Origin: a virus
Length of the DNA stretch: 64,000 nt
Virus record (IMG/VR): IMGVR_UViG_3300033153_001906
Location: 1 to 64,000 of that record
Reading direction: 5' to 3' (one strand)
Positions 61,346 through 64,000 of this stretch are shown in pieces. Made by a program: the position numbers and the translations under genes. The number at the start of each line of letters is the position of its first letter. The stretch's first letter is position 1. The notes beneath the pieces were generated by a model, which saw only the letters and a list, made by a program, of their open reading frames with translations, was not told the origin of the DNA and did not search any database.

Positions 61346-61780
61346 GTTTTTTCCTCTGGTCGTTCTTGGTCAGCGCACACATCTAAATCTACAATATGTG
61401 CATAATATTTTTCCATACAAGTATTGATATACTGTATGATTTCCATTTGTTGCTCAATGCCTGGACGCTTAATACCCTGCATCTTGCTACTTTGAAAGCG
61501 CAGCTTAACTCTTAATGAATCGAGTTTCACCGTACTTTACTCCAAGCATCTTTGCTAAATGTACCAGTTTGACGAGGATCAAAGTCTTCCTCATCATTTT
61601 CAAGTGCGAGGGTGCGCAGCGTGTGCGTACCAATTTCAAGTTCACGTACTGCGAACTGTGCTACCCGCAGTTCTTTTTCAAGAGTGCGAATGCGCTCGTC
61701 TTTGATGTTAATGTCAACTTTTGCATCAATCAACTTGCGCTGCAATACGTCAATCTGATTGTTTAGTATTTCAGTTTTAG

Positions 61781-62068
61781 TCATAATATTACCTCTTTGG
61801 CTAAAGTCCCATTTAGCCGCCTCTTAAATAACTCGTTATCAGTTATGTCTTCGCCCCACACATCGTAGTGTCTCAATGGGCAAGTCTTTCCCTGCTTCCA
61901 AAATGCTAGTGGTAGTTGCTCTAGCGCATCATCTGAGTAGCCATTATGCTCTCCCCAAATCATGTACAATTCTTTCGCTTTACCCTTCTCCACTTCGCAC
62001 GTTAAATTAAAAATCACTTCTTGAATGTCTGGTCGCATACCCCTTGCTCTGCCAATAAAATATTTCAT
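61781..62068 (-). CDS. Hypothetical protein with shared tag
   Basis: Ends ITDNELFKRRLNGTL. Confidence 0.65.
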   Translation of the reverse strand: MKYFIGRARGMRPDIQEVIFNLTCEVEKGKAKELYMIWGEHNGYSDDALEQLPLAFWKQGKTCPLRHYDVWGEDITDNELFKRRLNGTLAKEVIL

Positions 62069-62352
62069 AGATTATTCCAAGATCGTATCATCTGTCTTGG
62101 ATCACCACTAAGATCAACGTATCCATCTTCTGCTTTTCCTTGCAGAATCAGCTTGAACCAAACAGACTCAGTAATTTCTTTGCCATGCATTACAAAACTT
62201 GGCTCGCCTGGCATGGACACAGTGTTTCCAGTGTCGAACAGTTCTTGTCCGCGATCATTACCACACCACATTTGATAGAAGTCTAACGCATAATTTTCCT
62301 TAATGCGCTTTGGCTTGCTCTGTCTGTGTTCCATAAAGTAAATCATTTCCAA
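62065..62352 (-). CDS. Hypothetical protein with shared tag
   Basis: GKEITESVWFKLILQGK. Confidence 0.6.
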   Translation of the reverse strand: MEMIYFMEHRQSKPKRIKENYALDFYQMWCGNDRGQELFDTGNTVSMPGEPSFVMHGKEITESVWFKLILQGKAEDGYVDLSGDPRQMIRSWNNL

Positions 62353-62663
62353 ACCTTTTGCTCAATGTTTCCTTCCAATCTCTGTTTAAACAATTCGCTA
62401 TCGTTCCACTCTCTGCCTTCAATGAGAAGTCCCATGTGATGAACGTTGGTAAATTGACCACGTTCAAATAATCTTATCACACGCTCCTCAGATTCTTCAT
62501 TCTCTTTACCACTCAATTCGTACAAATATTTTGCTCTCTCATACGAAACTTCAAACCATTTGTTTTTCCCAAATCGAAATCCATCAATTCGTACTGCTCT
62601 AACTTGTCTCGCAAAATATCTCATACTACGATTGGGGCCTTTCCTTGAAATACACGGATCCAA
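62343..62663 (-). CDS. Hypothetical protein with shared tag
   Basis: GREWNDSELFKQRLEGNI. Confidence 0.65.
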   Translation of the reverse strand: MDPCISRKGPNRSMRYFARQVRAVRIDGFRFGKNKWFEVSYERAKYLYELSGKENEESEERVIRLFERGQFTNVHHMGLLIEGREWNDSELFKQRLEGNIEQKVWK

Positions 62664-62745
62664 TTCCAGATTCTAAGATCGCTGCCAGAATTCAAAATCT
62701 CATCGGGGCAACCATTTTCTTTTGCGTATGTTTTAAAGTAAACTA

Positions 62746-63018
62746 TCATTCGCTAGGGTTCCATATCCAAAGTCTGTGTTTCTTACTAGCTTTAAATTCT
62801 GCTGTCCATCCTGCTGGAACTGGCCCTTCTCGGCCTGCTCTACGTGCTGCACTTGCAGACGGGAAAATTCCCATTTCGCGCATCAGCGCACCCATTTCAT
62901 CTGATTCAGCGAAAAAGACTTGCTCTACGTTTCCATCAAGATCGCCAAACAGCGTAGCAACATCTTCTTTGCTCCACGCTGAATTCTTGATAATTACGTT
63001 TTCAACTGTCATTTCCAA
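62746..63018 (-). CDS. Small protein with S4-like (TyrRS C-terminal-like) motif
   Basis: LM.E.G.FPS.S.ARR. Confidence 0.5.
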   Translation of the reverse strand: MEMTVENVIIKNSAWSKEDVATLFGDLDGNVEQVFFAESDEMGALMREMGIFPSASAARRAGREGPVPAGWTAEFKASKKHRLWIWNPSE

Positions 63019-63575
63019 AAGTATCCTCTAAAGCTTAATTTGAATTCATTCGTTCTTGATCCATGTGAACACTCGATAACTCGACACTCACGACCAAAAG
63101 AACCATACGTTAAATCAAATTCAAATCTCTTAATTTCTACTGTAACACCAGCACCAAAATAATCTGACGTTGGCTCGTTCTCGTCGTTGAATGGTCGGCC
63201 TCTCGTAATATCGCTAACGTGAGTCCAAACAAGCAACGGCCTAATTGTCTCTGTGGTGAATGGGTAAATACGTATTGCTGCTACTGTTCCACTCTGCCAT
63301 TCATCCATTTTCCATTCTGGTTCTGCTGATACGCGCCACTGTGTCTTTTGTACGCCATGTGACAAATCAAATTCTACGTGTTTCCATTCAACTGTCAAAC
63401 CAACTTGTACTGTTTGTAACGCATCACCAGTTTGATCTGCGCCAACATACGCACCAAATTCTGCTGCATCTGCAGGCTTCATTATCAGGAAAAGGATTAC
63501 AACAAATGCGCACCCCATCGCGTATCCTACTGCTAGTCCTGATCCAAAAATTCTTTGTTCGCGTTTAGTCGTCAT
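63009..63575 (-). CDS. Putative outer-membrane beta-barrel protein
   Basis: Hydrophobic leader ending ADA|AE, amphipathic strands, aromatic C-terminus (FRGYFWK). Confidence 0.55.
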   Translation of the reverse strand: MTTKREQRIFGSGLAVGYAMGCAFVVILFLIMKPADAAEFGAYVGADQTGDALQTVQVGLTVEWKHVEFDLSHGVQKTQWRVSAEPEWKMDEWQSGTVAAIRIYPFTTETIRPLLVWTHVSDITRGRPFNDENEPTSDYFGAGVTVEIKRFEFDLTYGSFGRECRVIECSHGSRTNEFKLSFRGYFWK

Positions 63576-64000
63576 TGCTGTAGATGCCAGCTTGCAATGA
63601 AGCTACGACTTCCTCAAGCGAATTGAATCTCTGCTTGCGCTCAAAAAGAAGTGTTGCAGTTTCATCTAACTGCGTATCAAGATCACCATTCCCTGATCCA
63701 TCTTCGAATGTAAGAATTTTCAAAATTGTAGAATCTTCGTTGCTCATTTCAAGCTCCTTTCAATGTTGGGTATTTGCCAGTCGGCTCGATTTTCAACTCA
63801 CGACATTTGATGATTGCATTCTCAACTTCCAAAATATCCACGTTTGGATTTTTGAGTGCGTATTCATACGCGAGGGTTGAAATAAGATTCAACGATTCGT
63901 CTGTCGTGACGGCATCAGTAGCGCGCCTGCGATTTCCTGTATCTTCGATGTTTTCAGCCATTTTTGGGTCCTTTTGCTGCTCAGTGAGGGCGTAGTACTG

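Noticed and set aside
1-64000. Stop-codon reassignment
   Set aside because: Conserved genes translate full length in the standard code, and TAA, TAG and TGA all end genes at coupled junctions
1-64000. tRNA or rRNA genes
   Set aside because: No cloverleaf or T-loop pattern seen in the few intergenic gaps; checked by eye only

Overview
This window is part of a large lytic dsDNA phage genome with T4-like ('jumbo myovirus') organisation. Almost all genes are on the minus strand; phoH is the only convincing plus-strand gene. Recognisable content: (i) a 7-deazaguanine DNA-modification region (QueE, QueD-like, TGT/DpdA-like) interleaved with a glycosyltransferase and two sugar-type oxidoreductases; (ii) replication genes (family-B polymerase, probable sliding clamp, clamp loader, UDG, a DnaE fragment); (iii) proteostasis genes (ClpA, DnaJ, GroES-like, an AAA ATPase, peptide deformylase); (iv) fibre/structural genes and a spanin pair; (v) late genes whose products share an 'MRLxE' N-terminal tag and look like protease-cleavable multi-enzyme cargo; (vi) many small hypothetical ORFs. 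Two promoter classes are visible: TTGACA-16/17-TATAAT and the late-type GATAAATAC/CTAAATA, and several would give leaderless mRNAs. The most unusual signal is a shared, mostly C-terminal peptide tag ([TSN]x[KN]E[LIVYF]F[KVE]x[KR]Lx[GD]) on more than 20 otherwise unrelated small proteins. Two of these carry N-terminal fragments resembling immune-sensed core proteins (the capsid Gol peptide and a terminase Walker A). All functional calls come from motif recognition by eye; no database search was run.
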